IMG/VR virus record: IMGVR_UViG_2585427730_000006
Coordinates: 1-31,472 of that record
DNA length: 31,472 nucleotides
Direction: 5' to 3' (one strand)
Source of the DNA: a virus
Lineage: Duplodnaviria > Heunggongvirae > Uroviricota > Caudoviricetes
Position 1 is the stretch's first letter. Every line of letters starts with the position of its first letter. A program made the translations under genes and the position numbers. The notes beneath the pieces are model-generated. The model was not told the origin of the DNA, did not search any database, and was given only the letters and a program-made list of their open reading frames with translations. Below, in pieces: positions 22,161 through 31,472 of this stretch.

Positions 22161-22739
22161 ATGGCCATAAAAGGTCTTGAGCAGGCCGTTGAAAACCTCA
22201 GCCGTATCAGCAGAACGGCGGTGCCCGGTGCCGCCGCAATGGCCATTAACCGCGTTGCTTCATCCGCGATATCGCAGTCGGTGGCACAGGTTGCCCGTGA
22301 GACAAAGGTACGCCGGAAACTGGTAAAGGAAAGGGCCAGGCTGAAAAGGGCCACGGTCAAAAATCCGCAGGCCAGAATCAGGGTTAACCGGGGGGATTTG
22401 CCCGTAATCAAGCTGGGTAACGCGCGGGTTGTCCTTTCGCGCCGCAGACGTCGTAAAAAGGGGCAGCGTTCATCCCTGAAAGGTGGCGGCAGCGTGCTTG
22501 TGGTGGGAAACCGTCGTATTCCCGGCGCGTTTATTCAGCAACTGAAAAATGGCCGGTGGCATGTCATGCAGCGTGTGGCCGGGAAAAACCGTTACCCCAT
22601 TGATGTGGTGAAAATCCCGATGGCGGTGCCGCTTACCACGGCGTTTAAACAGAATATTGAACGGATACGGCGTGAACGTCTTCCGAAAGAGCTGGGCTAT
22701 GCGCTGCAGCATCAACTGAGGATAGTAATAAAGCGATGA
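22161..22739 (+). CDS. Z: Tail completion protein Z
   Basis: 192 aa, MAIKGLEQAVENLSRISRTAVPGAAAMAINRV... Confidence 0.95.
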   Translation: MAIKGLEQAVENLSRISRTAVPGAAAMAINRVASSAISQSVAQVARETKVRRKLVKERARLKRATVKNPQARIRVNRGDLPVIKLGNARVVLSRRRRRKKGQRSSLKGGGSVLVVGNRRIPGAFIQQLKNGRWHVMQRVAGKNRYPIDVVKIPMAVPLTTAFKQNIERIRRERLPKELGYALQHQLRIVIKR

Positions 22740-23131
22740 AACATACTGAACTCCGTGCAGCCGTACTGGATGCACTGGAGAAGCATGACACCGGGGCGAC
22801 GTTTTTTGATGGTCGCCCCGCTGTTTTTGATGGGGCGGATTTTCCGGCAGTTGCCGTTTATCTCACCGGCGCTGAATACACGGGCGAAGAGCTGGACAGC
22901 GATACATGGCAGGCGGAGCTGCATATCGAAGTTTTCCTGCCTGCTCAGGTGCCGGATTCAGAGCTGGATTCGTGGATGGAGTCCCGGATTTATCCGGTGA
23001 TGAGTGATATCCCGGCACTGTCAGATTTGATCACCAGTATGGTGGCCAGCGGCTATGACTACCGGCGCGACGATGATGCGGGCCTGTGGAGTTCAGCCGA
23101 TCTGACTTATGTCATTACCTATGAAATGTGA
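22736..23131 (+). CDS. U: Tail terminator protein U
   Basis: 131 aa, [31 protein letters not shown]... Confidence 0.95.
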   Translation: MKHTELRAAVLDALEKHDTGATFFDGRPAVFDGADFPAVAVYLTGAEYTGEELDSDTWQAELHIEVFLPAQVPDSELDSWMESRIYPVMSDIPALSDLITSMVASGYDYRRDDDAGLWSSADLTYVITYEM

Positions 23132-23138
23132 GGACGCT

Positions 23139-23879
23139 ATGCCTGTACCAAATCCTGTAATGCCGGTGAAAGGTGCCGGGACCACCCTGTGGGTTTATAA
23201 GGGAAGCGGTGACCCTTATGCGAATCCGCTTTCAGACGTTGACTGGTCGCGTCTGGCAAAAGTTAAAGACCTGACGCCCGGCGAACTGACCGCTGAGTCC
23301 TATGACGACAGCTATCTCGATGATGAAGATGCAGACTGGACTGCGACCGGGCAGGGGCAGAAATCTGCCGGAGATACCAGCTTCACGCTGGCGTGGATGC
23401 CCGGAGAGCAGGGGCAGCAGGCGCTGCTGGCGTGGTTTAATGAAGGCGATACCCGTGCCTATAAAATCCGCTTCCCGAACGGCACGGTCGATGTGTTCCG
23501 TGGCTGGGTCAGCAGTATCGGTAAGGCGGTGACGGCGAAGGAAGTGATCACCCGCACGGTGAAAGTCACCAACGTGGGACGTCCGTCGATGGCAGAAGAT
23601 CGCAGCACGGTAACAGCGGCAACCGGCATGACCGTGACGCCTGCCAGCACTTCGGTGGTGAAAGGGCAGAGCACCACGCTGACCGTGGCATTCCAGCCGG
23701 AAGGCGCAACCGACAAGAGCTTCCGTGCGGTGTCTGCGGATAAAACAAAAGTCACCGTGTCGGTCAGTGGTATGACCATCACCGTGAAAGGTGTTGCTGC
23801 AGGCAAGGTCAACATTCCGGTTGTATCCGGTAATGGTGAACTTGCTGTGGTTGCAGAAATCACCGTCACCGACAGTTAA
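23139..23879 (+). CDS. V: Major tail tube protein V
   Basis: 246 aa from [36 protein letters not shown]... Confidence 0.95.
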   Translation: MPVPNPVMPVKGAGTTLWVYKGSGDPYANPLSDVDWSRLAKVKDLTPGELTAESYDDSYLDDEDADWTATGQGQKSAGDTSFTLAWMPGEQGQQALLAWFNEGDTRAYKIRFPNGTVDVFRGWVSSIGKAVTAKEVITRTVKVTNVGRPSMAEDRSTVTAATGMTVTPASTSVVKGQSTTLTVAFQPEGATDKSFRAVSADKTKVTVSVSGMTITVKGVAAGKVNIPVVSGNGELAVVAEITVTDS

Positions 23880-23894
23880 TCCGGAGAGTCAGCG

Positions 23895-24317
23895 ATGTTC
23901 CTGAAAACCGAATCATTTGAATATAACGGTGTGAGCGTCACGCTTTCTGAACTGTCAGCCCTGCAGCGAATTGAGCATCTCGCCCTGCTGAAACGACAGG
24001 CAGAACAGGCGGGATCCAGTCTCAATCGACAGGTGAGCGTGGAAGATCTCGTCAGAACCGGTGCTTTTCTGGTGGCGATGTCCCTGTGGCATAGCCATCC
24101 GCAGAAGACAAAGATGCCGTCCATGAATGAAGCCGTTAAACAAATTGAGCAGGAAGTGCTTACCACCTGGCCCACAGAGGCAATTGCTCAGGCTGAAAAT
24201 GTGGTAATGCGTCTGTCCGGTATGTCTGAGTTTGTTGTGAATGATGCACCTGAACAGACAGAGGACGCCGGGCCCGCAGAGCCTGTTTCTGCGGGAAAGT
24301 GTTCGACGGTGAGCTGA
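23895..24317 (+). CDS. G: Tail assembly chaperone G
   Basis: 140 aa, MFLKTESFEYNGVSVTLSELSALQRIEHLALLKRQ... Confidence 0.95.
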   Translation: MFLKTESFEYNGVSVTLSELSALQRIEHLALLKRQAEQAGSSLNRQVSVEDLVRTGAFLVAMSLWHSHPQKTKMPSMNEAVKQIEQEVLTTWPTEAIAQAENVVMRLSGMSEFVVNDAPEQTEDAGPAEPVSAGKCSTVS

Positions 24318-24733
24318 GTTTTGCCCTGAAACTGGCGCGTGAGATGGGGCGACCCGACTGGCGCGCCATGCTTGCCGGGATGTCATCCACGGAGTATGCC
24401 GACTGGCACCGCTTTTACAGTACCCATTATTTTCATGATGTTCTGCTGGATATGCACTTTTCCGGGCTGACGTACACCGTGCTCAGCCTGTTTTTCAGCG
24501 ATCCGGATATGCATCCGCTGGATTTCAGTTTGCTGAACCGGCGTGAGGCTGACGAAGAGCCTGAAGATGATGTGCTGATGCAGAAAGCGGCAGGGCTTGC
24601 CGGAGGCGTCCGCTTTGGCCCGGACGGGAATGAAGTTATCCCCGCTTCCCCGGATGTGGCGGACATGACGGAGGATGACGTAATGCTGATGACAGTATCA
24701 GAAGGGATCGCAGGAGGAGTCCGGTATGGCTGA
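23895..24733 (+). CDS. T: Tail assembly chaperone G-T fusion, made by programmed -1 ribosomal frameshift at the GGGAAAG slippery site
   Basis: Slippery heptamer GGGAAAG at 24293-24299 near the G 3' end; the -1 frame continues as ...GK-VFDGELSFALKLAREMGRPDWRAML... to the stop at 24733. Confidence 0.85.
24293..24299 (+). promoter_or_regulatory. Programmed -1 frameshift slippery heptamer GGGAAAG (G/G-T)
   Basis: Exact heptamer at the conserved lambda position. Confidence 0.85.
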
Positions 24734-27305
24734 ACCGGTAGGCGATCTGGTCGTTGATTTGAGTCTGGATGCGGCCAGATTTGACGAGCAGATGGCCAGA
24801 GTCAGGCGTCATTTTTCCGATACGGAAAGTGATGCGAAAAAAACAGCGGCAGTCGTTGAACAGTCAATGAACCGGCAGGCGCTGGCTGCACAGAAAGCGG
24901 GGATTTCCGTCGGACAGTATAAAGCCGCCATGCGTATGCTGCCTGCACAGTTCACTGACGTGGCCACGCAGCTTGCAGGCGGGCAAAGTCCGTGGCTGAT
25001 CCTGCTGCAACAGGGGGGTCAGGTGAAGGACTCCTTCGGCGGGATGATCCCCATGTTCAGGGGGCTTGCCGGTGCGATCACCCTGCCGATGGTGGGGGCC
25101 ACCTCGCTGGCGGTGGCGACCGGTGCGCTGGCGTATGCCTGGTATCAGGGCAACTCAACCCTGTCCGATTTCAACAAAACGCTGGTCCTTTCCGGCAATC
25201 AGGCGGGACTGACGGCAGATCGTATGCTGGTCCTGTCCAGAGCCGGGCAGGCGGCAGGGCTGACGTTTAACCAGACCAGCGAGTCACTGACGGCGCTGGT
25301 GAATGCCGGTGTGCGTGGTGGTGAGCAGTTTGAGGCGATCAGCCAGAGTGTGGCGCGTTTCTCCTCTGCATCCGGCGTGGAGGTGGACAAGGTCGCTGAA
25401 GCCTTCGGGAAGCTGACCACAGACCCGACGTCGGGACTGACAGCGATGGCACGCCAGTTCCATAACGTGACGGCGGAGCAGATTGCGTATGTTGCTCAGT
25501 TGCAGCGTTCCGGAGATGAAGCCGGGGCATTGCAGGCGGCGAACGAGGCCGCAACGAAAGGGTTTGATGACCAGACCCGCCGCCTGAAAGAGAACATGGG
25601 CACGCTGGAAACCTGGGCAGACAGGACAGCACGGGCATTCAAATCCATGTGGGATTCGGTGCTGGATATTGGTCGCCCGGACACTGCCCAGGGAATGCTG
25701 GAGAAAGCAGAAAAGGCTTTTGATGAGGCGGACAAAAAATGGCAGTGGTATCAGAGCCGGAGCCACCGGCGCGGTAAAACCTCAGCATTTCGTGCCAATC
25801 TCCGGGGAGCATGGGAGGACAGAGCGAATGCGCAACTTGGGCTTTCAGCCGCCACGTTGCAGGCCGATCTTGAAAAGGCCAGAGAGATGGCAGCAAAGGA
25901 CTGGGCCGAGTCTGAGGCATCACGGCTGAAATATACCGAAGAGGCGCAGAAGGCTTACGAACGGCTGCAGACGCCGCTGGAGAAATATACCGCCCGTCAG
26001 GAAGAACTGAACAAGGCACTGAAAGACGGGAAAATCCTGCAGGCGGATTACAACACGCTGATGGCGGCGGCGAAAAAGGATTATGAAGCGACGCTGAAAA
26101 AGCCGAAACAGTCCGGCGTGAAGGTGTCTGCGGGCGATCGTCAGGAAGACAGTGCTCATGCTGCCCTGCTGACGCTTCAGGCAGAACTCCGGACGCTGGA
26201 GAAGCATGCCGGAGCAAATGAGAAAATCAGCCAGCAGCGCCGGGATTTGTGGAAGGCTGAAAATCAGTTCGCGGTACTGGAGGAGGCGGCACAACGTCGC
26301 CAGCTATCCGCACAGGAGAAATCCCTGCTGGCGCATAAAGATGAGACGCTGGAGTACAAACGCCAGCTGGCTGCACTTGGCGACAAGGTTACGTATCAGG
26401 AGCGCCTGAACGCGCTGGCGCAGCAGGCGGATAAATTCGCACAGCAGCAACGGGCAAAACGGGCCGCCATTGATGCGAAAAGCCGGGGGCTGACTGACCG
26501 GCAGGCAGAACGGGAAGCCACAGAACAGCGCCTGAAGGAACAGTATGGCGATAATCCGCTGGCGCTGAATAACGTCATGTCAGAGCAGAAAAAGACCTGG
26601 GCGGCTGAAGACCAGCTTCGCGGGAACTGGATGGCAGGCCTGAAGTCCGGCTGGAGTGAGTGGGAAGAGAGCGCCACGGACAGTATGTCGCAGGTTAAAA
26701 GTGCAGCCACGCAGACCTTTGATGGTATTGCACAGAATATGGCGGCGATGCTGACCGGCAGTGAGCAGAACTGGCGCAGCTTCACCCGTTCCGTGCTGTC
26801 CATGATGACAGAAATTCTGCTTAAGCAGGCAATGGTGGGGATTGTCGGGAGTATCGGCAGCGCCATTGGCGGTGCTGCCAGTGGTGGAGCATCCGCGTCA
26901 GGCGGTACAGCCATTCAGGCCGCTGCGGCGAAATTCCATTTTGCGACCGGAGGATTTACGGGAACCGGCGGCAAATATGAGCCAGCGGGGATTGTTCACC
27001 GTGGTGAGTTTGTCTTCACGAAGGAGGCAACCAGCCGGATTGGCGTGGGCAACCTTTACCGGCTGATGCGCGGCTATGCCACCGGCGGTTATGTCGGTAC
27101 ACCGGGCGGCATGGCAGACAGCCGGTCGCAGGCGTCCGGGACGTTTGAGCAGAATAACCATGTGGTGATTAACAACGACGGCACGAACGGGCAGATAGGT
27201 CCGGCTGCTCTGAAGGCGGTGTATGACATGGCCCGCAAGGGTGCCCGTGATGAAATTCAGACACAGATGCGTGATGGTGGCCTGTTCTCCGGAGGTGGAC
27301 GATGA
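24726..27305 (+). CDS. H: Tail tape measure protein H
   Basis: 859 aa (lambda H is 853 aa as recalled), coiled-coil-rich with Gly-rich C-terminal region. Confidence 0.95.
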   Translation: MAEPVGDLVVDLSLDAARFDEQMARVRRHFSDTESDAKKTAAVVEQSMNRQALAAQKAGISVGQYKAAMRMLPAQFTDVATQLAGGQSPWLILLQQGGQVKDSFGGMIPMFRGLAGAITLPMVGATSLAVATGALAYAWYQGNSTLSDFNKTLVLSGNQAGLTADRMLVLSRAGQAAGLTFNQTSESLTALVNAGVRGGEQFEAISQSVARFSSASGVEVDKVAEAFGKLTTDPTSGLTAMARQFHNVTAEQIAYVAQLQRSGDEAGALQAANEAATKGFDDQTRRLKENMGTLETWADRTARAFKSMWDSVLDIGRPDTAQGMLEKAEKAFDEADKKWQWYQSRSHRRGKTSAFRANLRGAWEDRANAQLGLSAATLQADLEKAREMAAKDWAESEASRLKYTEEAQKAYERLQTPLEKYTARQEELNKALKDGKILQADYNTLMAAAKKDYEATLKKPKQSGVKVSAGDRQEDSAHAALLTLQAELRTLEKHAGANEKISQQRRDLWKAENQFAVLEEAAQRRQLSAQEKSLLAHKDETLEYKRQLAALGDKVTYQERLNALAQQADKFAQQQRAKRAAIDAKSRGLTDRQAEREATEQRLKEQYGDNPLALNNVMSEQKKTWAAEDQLRGNWMAGLKSGWSEWEESATDSMSQVKSAATQTFDGIAQNMAAMLTGSEQNWRSFTRSVLSMMTEILLKQAMVGIVGSIGSAIGGAASGGASASGGTAIQAAAAKFHFATGGFTGTGGKYEPAGIVHRGEFVFTKEATSRIGVGNLYRLMRGYATGGYVGTPGGMADSRSQASGTFEQNNHVVINNDGTNGQIGPAALKAVYDMARKGARDEIQTQMRDGGLFSGGGR

Positions 27306-27631
27306 AGACCTTCCGCTGGAAAGTGAAACCCGGTATGGATGTGGCTTCGGTCCCTTCTGTAAGAAAGGTGCGCTTTGGTGATGGCTATTCTCAGCGAGCG
27401 CCTGCCGGGCTGAATGCCAACCTGAAAACGTACAGCGTGACGCTTTCTGTCCCCCGTGAGGAGGCCACGGTACTGGAGTCGTTTCTGGAAGAGTACGGGG
27501 GCTGGAAATCCTTTCTGTGGACGCCGCCTTATGAGTGGCGGCAGATAAAGGTGACCTGCGCAAAATGGTCGTCGCGGGTCAGTATGCTGCGTGTTGAGTT
27601 CAGCGCAGAGTTTGAACAGGTGGTGAACTGA
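27302..27631 (+). CDS. M: Tail tip assembly protein M
   Basis: 109 aa, MKTFRWKVKPGMDVASVPSVRKVRFGDGYSQRAP... Confidence 0.95.
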   Translation: MKTFRWKVKPGMDVASVPSVRKVRFGDGYSQRAPAGLNANLKTYSVTLSVPREEATVLESFLEEYGGWKSFLWTPPYEWRQIKVTCAKWSSRVSMLRVEFSAEFEQVVN

Positions 27632-28329
27632 TGCAGGATATCCGGCAGGAAACACTGAATGAATGCACCCGTGCGGAGCAGTCGGCCAGCGTGGTGCTCT
27701 GGGAAATCGACCTGACAGAGGTCGGTGGAGAACGTTATTTTTTCTGTAATGAGCAGAACGAAAAAGGTGAGCCGGTCACCTGGCAGGGGCGACAGTATCA
27801 GCCGTATCCCATTCAGGGGAGCGGTTTTGAACTGAATGGCAAAGGCACCAGTACGCGCCCCACGCTGACGGTTTCTAACCTGTACGGCATGATCACCGGG
27901 ATGGCGGAAGATCTGCAGAGTCTGGTCGGCGGAACGGTGGTCCGGCGTAAGGTTTACGCCCGCTTTCTGGATGCGGTGAACTTCGTCAACGGAAACAGCG
28001 AAGCCGATCCGGAGCAGGAGGTGATCAGCCGCTGGCGCATCGAGCAGTGCAGCGAACTGAGCGCGGTCAGTGCCTCTTTTGTACTGTCCACGCCGACTGA
28101 AACGGATGGCGCTGTTTTTCCGGGACGTATCATGCTGGCCAACACCTGCACCTGGACCTATCGCGGCGATGAGTGCGGTTATAGCGGTCCGGCGGTCGCG
28201 GATGAATATGACCAGCCGACGTCCGATATCACGAAGGATAAATGCAGCAAATGCCTGAGTGGCTGTAAGTTTCGCAATAATGTCGGCAACTTTGGCAGCT
28301 TCCTTTCCATTAACAAACTTTCGCAGTAA
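27631..28329 (+). CDS. L: Tail tip protein L
   Basis: 232 aa, MQDIRQETLNECTRAEQSASVVLWEIDLTEVGGERYFF... Confidence 0.95.
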   Translation: MQDIRQETLNECTRAEQSASVVLWEIDLTEVGGERYFFCNEQNEKGEPVTWQGRQYQPYPIQGSGFELNGKGTSTRPTLTVSNLYGMITGMAEDLQSLVGGTVVRRKVYARFLDAVNFVNGNSEADPEQEVISRWRIEQCSELSAVSASFVLSTPTETDGAVFPGRIMLANTCTWTYRGDECGYSGPAVADEYDQPTSDITKDKCSKCLSGCKFRNNVGNFGSFLSINKLSQ

Positions 28330-28334
28330 ATCCC

Positions 28335-29078
28335 ATGACAGAGACAGAATCAGCGATTCTGGCGCACGCCCGGCGATGTGCGCCAGCGGAGTCGTGCGGC
28401 TTCGTGGTGAGAACGCCGGAGGAGGAAAGATATTTTCCCTGCGTGAATATCTCCGGTGAGCCGGAGGCGTATTTCCGGATGTCGCCGGAGGACTGGCTGA
28501 GTGCAGAAATGCAGGGAGAGATTGTGGCGCTGGTCCACAGCCACCCCGGTGGTCTGCCCTGGCTGAGTGAGGCCGACCGGCGGCTGCAGGTACAGAGTGA
28601 TTTGCCGTGGTGGCTGGTCTGCCGGGGGGCGATTCATAAATTCCGCTGTGTGCCGCATCTCACCGGGCGGCGCTTTGAGCACGGGGTGACGGACTGTTAC
28701 ACGCTGTTCCGGGACGCTTACCATCTGGCGGGAATTGAGATGCCGGATTTTCATCGCGGGGATAACTGGTGGCGTCACGGTCAGAATCTCTATCTGGATA
28801 ATCTGGAGGCCACAGGGCTGTATCAGGTGCCGTTGTCAGCGGCGCAGCCGGGCGATGTGCTGCTGTGCTGTTTTGGTTCATCGGTGCCGAATCATGCCGC
28901 CATTTACTGTGGTGATGGCGAGCTGCTGCACCATATTCCTGAACAACTGAGCAAACGAGAGAGGTATACCGACAAATGGCAGCGACGCACACACTCCCTC
29001 TGGCGTCACCGGGCATGGCGCGCATCTGCCTTTACGGGGATTTGCAACGATTTGGCCGCCGCATCGACCTTCGTGTGA
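28335..29078 (+). CDS. K: Tail tip assembly protein K (JAB/MPN metalloprotease motif plus NlpC/P60-like C-terminal half)
   Basis: Full ORF is 247 aa from ATG 28335; classical lambda K (199 aa) would correspond to the internal ATG at 28479 (MSPEDW...). The JAMM motif HSHPGGLPWLSEAD lies downstream of both starts. Confidence 0.85.
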   Translation: MTETESAILAHARRCAPAESCGFVVRTPEEERYFPCVNISGEPEAYFRMSPEDWLSAEMQGEIVALVHSHPGGLPWLSEADRRLQVQSDLPWWLVCRGAIHKFRCVPHLTGRRFEHGVTDCYTLFRDAYHLAGIEMPDFHRGDNWWRHGQNLYLDNLEATGLYQVPLSAAQPGDVLLCCFGSSVPNHAAIYCGDGELLHHIPEQLSKRERYTDKWQRRTHSLWRHRAWRASAFTGICNDLAAASTFV

Positions 29079-29647
29079 AAACGGGGGCTGAAGCCATCCG
29101 CGCACTGGCCACACAGCTCCCGGTGTTTCGTCAGAAACTGAGCGACGGCTGGTATCAGGTACGGATTGCCGGGCGGGACGTCAGCACGTCCGGGTTAACG
29201 GCGCAGTTACATGAGACTCTGCCTGATGGCGCTGTGATTCATATTGTTCCCAGAGTCGCCGGGGCCAAGTCAGGTGGCGTATTCCAGATTGTCCTGGGGG
29301 CTGCCGCCATTGCCGGATCATTCTTTACCGCCGGAGCCACCCTTGCAGCATGGGGGGCAGCCATTGGGGCCGGTGGTATGACCGGCATCCTGTTTTCTCT
29401 CGGTGCCAGTATGGTGCTCGGTGGTGTGGCGCAGATGCTGGCACCGAAAGCCAGAACTCCCCGTACACAGACAACGGATAACGGCAAACAGAACACCTAT
29501 TTCTCCTCACTGGATAACATGGTTGCCCAGGGCAATGTTCTGCCTGTTCTGTACGGTGAAATGCGCGTGGGGTCACGTGTGGTTTCTCAGGAGATCAGCA
29601 CGGCAGACGAAGGGGATGGTGGTCAGGTTGTGGTGATTGGTCGCTGA
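28976..29647 (+). CDS. I: Tail tip assembly protein I
   Basis: 223 aa, MAATHTLPLASPGMARICLYGDLQRFGRRIDLRVK...; overlaps the K 3' end. Confidence 0.95.
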   Translation: MAATHTLPLASPGMARICLYGDLQRFGRRIDLRVKTGAEAIRALATQLPVFRQKLSDGWYQVRIAGRDVSTSGLTAQLHETLPDGAVIHIVPRVAGAKSGGVFQIVLGAAAIAGSFFTAGATLAAWGAAIGAGGMTGILFSLGASMVLGGVAQMLAPKARTPRTQTTDNGKQNTYFSSLDNMVAQGNVLPVLYGEMRVGSRVVSQEISTADEGDGGQVVVIGR

Positions 29648-29664
29648 TGCAAAATGTTTTATGT

Positions 29665-29690
29665 GAAACCGCCTCCGGGCGGTTTTGTCG
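29665..29690 (+). terminator. Stem-loop between I and J
   Basis: aaaccgcc-tccg-ggcggttt followed by tgtcgttt; weak T-run, may be an attenuator. Confidence 0.4.
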
Positions 29691-29707
29691 TTTATGGAGC
29701 GTGAGGA

Positions 29708-31472
29708 ATGGGTAAAGGCAGCAGTAAGGGGCATACCCCGCGCGAAGCAAAGGACAACCTGAAGTCCACGCAGTTGCTGAGTGTGATCGATGCCATCAGC
29801 GAAGGGCCGGTTGAAGGTCCGGTGGATGGATTAAAAAGCGTGCTGCTGAACAGTACACCGGTGCTGGACAGTGAGGGGAATACTAACATCTCTGGTGTCA
29901 CGGTGGTGTTCCGGGCAGGTGAGCAGGAACAGACACCGCCGGAGGGATTTGAATCATCAGGTTCCGAGACGGTACTGGGTACGGAAGTGAAATACGACAC
30001 GCCGATTACCCGGACCATCACGTCGGCAAACATCGACCGTCTGCGCTTTACCTTCGGTGTGCAGGCACTGGTGGAAACCACCTCAAAGGGGGACCGGAAT
30101 CCGTCGGAAGTTCGCCTGCTGGTTCAGATACAGCGTAATGGTGGCTGGGTGACGGAAAAAGACATCACCATTAAGGGCAAAACCACCTCGCAGTATCTGG
30201 CCTCGGTGGTGGTGGATAACCTGCCGCCGCGCCCGTTTAATATCCGGATGCGCAGAATGACGCCGGACAGCACCACAGACCAGCTGCAGAACAAAACGCT
30301 CTGGTCGTCATACACCGAAATCATCGATGTGAAACAGTGCTACCCGAACACGGCACTGGTCGGCGTACAGGTGGATTCGGAGCAGTTCGGCAGCCAGCAG
30401 GTGAGCCGTAATTATCATCTGCGCGGGCGTATTCTGCAGGTGCCGTCGAACTATAACCCGCAGACTCGGCAATACAGCGGTATCTGGGACGGAACGTTTA
30501 AGCCAGCATACAGCAATAACATGGCCTGGTGTCTGTGGGATATGCTGACCCATCCACGCTACGGCATGGGGAAACGTCTTGGTGCGGCGGATGTGGACAA
30601 ATGGGCGCTGTATGTCATCGGCCAGTACTGCGACCAGTCAGTGCCGGACGGCTTTGGCGGCACGGAGCCGCGCATCACCTGTAATGCGTACCTGACCACA
30701 CAGCGCAAAGCGTGGGATGTGCTCAGTGATTTCTGCTCGGCGATGCGCTGTATGCCGGTATGGAACGGGCAGACGCTGACGTTCGTGCAGGACCGACCGT
30801 CGGATAAGGTGTGGGCCTATAACCGCAGTAATGTGGTGATGCCGGATGATGGCGCGCCGTTCCGCTACAGTTTCAGCGCCCTGAAAGACCGCCATAATGC
30901 CGTTGAGGTGAACTGGATTGACCCGGATAACGGCTGGGAGACGGCGACAGAGCTTGTTGAAGATACGCAGGCCATTGCCCGTTACGGTCGTAACGTCACG
31001 AAGATGGATGCCTTTGGCTGTACCAGCCGGGGGCAGGCACACCGCGCCGGGCTGTGGCTGATTAAAACGGAACTGCTGGAGACGCAGACCGTGGATTTCA
31101 GCGTGGGTGCTGAAGGGCTTCGCCATGTACCGGGCGATGTCATTGAAATCTGCGATGATGACTATGCCGGTATCAGCACCGGTGGTCGCGTGCTGGCGGT
31201 GAACAGCCAGACCCGGACGCTGACGCTCGACCGTGAAATCACGCTGCCATCCTCCGGTACCACGCTGATAAGCCTGGTTGACGGAAGTGGTAATCCGGTC
31301 AGCGTGGAGGTTCAGTCCGTCACCGACGGCGTGAAGGTGAAAGTGAGCCGTGTTCCTGACGGCGTTGCTGAATACAGCGTGTGGGGGCTGAAGCTGCCGA
31401 CGCTGCGCCAGCGCCTGTTCCGCTGCGTGAGTATCCGTGAGAACGACGACGGCACGTATGCCATCACCGCCG
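29708..31472 (+). CDS. J: Central tail fiber / host specificity protein J, N-terminal ~588 codons (continues past window end)
   Basis: ATG 29708 after GAGG RBS; MGKGSSKGHTPREAKDNLKSTQLLSVIDAISEGPVEG...; open frame to the window edge, so absent from the ORF track. Confidence 0.95.
   Translation, partial: MGKGSSKGHTPREAKDNLKSTQLLSVIDAISEGPVEGPVDGLKSVLLNSTPVLDSEGNTNISGVTVVFRAGEQEQTPPEGFESSGSETVLGTEVKYDTPITRTITSANIDRLRFTFGVQALVETTSKGDRNPSEVRLLVQIQRNGGWVTEKDITIKGKTTSQYLASVVVDNLPPRPFNIRMRRMTPDSTTDQLQNKTLWSSYTEIIDVKQCYPNTALVGVQVDSEQFGSQQVSRNYHLRGRILQVPSNYNPQTRQYSGIWDGTFKPAYSNNMAWCLWDMLTHPRYGMGKRLGAADVDKWALYVIGQYCDQSVPDGFGGTEPRITCNAYLTTQRKAWDVLSDFCSAMRCMPVWNGQTLTFVQDRPSDKVWAYNRSNVVMPDDGAPFRYSFSALKDRHNAVEVNWIDPDNGWETATELVEDTQAIARYGRNVTKMDAFGCTSRGQAHRAGLWLIKTELLETQTVDFSVGAEGLRHVPGDVIEICDDDYAGISTGGRVLAVNSQTRTLTLDREITLPSSGTTLISLVDGSGNPVSVEVQSVTDGVKVKVSRVPDGVAEYSVWGLKLPTLRQRLFRCVSIRENDDGTYAITA

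Overview
This window is the late half of a lambda-like prophage carrying several non-lambda cargo blocks. From about 14.15 kb to the end, the cos site and the head and tail genes (Nu1, A, W, B, C/Nu3, D, E, FI, FII, Z, U, V, G/G-T, H, M, L, K, I, start of J) read as near-identical to phage lambda. Upstream of cos the genome is mosaic: bor and a YlcI-like gene, a non-lambda lysis cassette (two holin-like membrane proteins plus a GH108 endolysin), tandem phage-type tRNA-Thr(UGU) and tRNA-Gly(UCC), an orphan beta-class DNA methyltransferase, a reverse-oriented 427-aa gene of unknown function, and a Qin/DLP12-like late-regulatory block (hokD-like toxin, DUF968 protein, RusA, QuuD-type Q antiterminator). 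The left 4 kb holds a partial IS21-family element (istA) that appears to truncate a DUF2254-like gene, and a strongly AT-rich three-gene operon (ParA-like ATPase plus two unknown proteins). The two best candidates for an undescribed system are that ParA-like operon and the 427-aa gene, whose termini resemble a proteasome-beta/HslV-type hydrolase. All calls rest on reading the sequence and the ORF track by eye; no database search, alignment or folding was run, and GC statements are visual estimates.
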